This document shows positions 63,751 through 64,000 of a stretch of 64,000 nucleotides of DNA, in pieces. Source of the DNA: Octopus sinensis (taxonomy: Eukaryota); contig NC_043013.1 of assembly GCF_006345805.1 (NCBI RefSeq), forward strand, positions 22,444,001 to 22,508,000, in the 5' to 3' direction. The position numbers were made by a program, and so were the translations under genes. The notes below the pieces were generated by a model. The model searched no databases. It saw nothing but the letters and a program-made list of their open reading frames with translations, and was not told the origin of the DNA. The first letter of the stretch is position 1. Every line of letters begins with the position of its first letter.

Positions 63751-64000
63751 ATGGCAAAGTAGCGGTTCAGTGTGGGAGGAGTGGGGGTCACCTGCGACGG
63801 ACCAGCATCCTGCCCAGGTGGGGAATCTATATGCCAATGAAACCGGGAAAGTGGCCCTTATGAGCCAGGCATGGCTCAAGAAGGAACAAGCAACAACAAC
63901 AGGGGTCGATAATCTGGAAGGAGAGTAAAATTGGGATGGAATAAGTAGGGGTCCCTCTATTAACAACCAATTGATTCTGTGATGTTGCATTGTAGCAAAA

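Overview
AT-rich, microsatellite- and transposon-dense eukaryotic genomic DNA. The SINE, RTE and microsatellite content looks like an octopod cephalopod (inference from repeat appearance; no search run). There are two divergently oriented host genes. The first is a complete BTB-BACK-PHR gene of the BTBD1/2 type on the minus strand, with 4 coding exons (25838-24130, 20275-20188, 19057-18911, 15973-15815), 700 aa and a probable ~4 kb 3'UTR. The second is the first coding exon of phospholipase C-gamma on the plus strand (57314-57509). The rest includes a full-length dead mariner, RTE LINE fragments with a PHD finger inside the RT, CR1-type fragments, Helitron and Chapaev-like relics, MITEs, tRNA-derived SINEs and an orphan 28S rDNA fragment. 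The most striking unannotated signal is a set of about 12 minimal type-I hammerhead ribozyme motifs from several unrelated families. Most sit in inverted or direct repeat cassettes next to (TA)n or (TAA)n tracts, like Penelope pLTRs or retrozymes. One has a swapped G3-C8 core (427-476), and one family is fused behind a tRNA-derived Pol III head. Removing one such cassette restores the frame of an unidentified, decayed ~490-codon intronless ORF (44292-46887). All calls were made by eye; no alignment, folding or database search was run.
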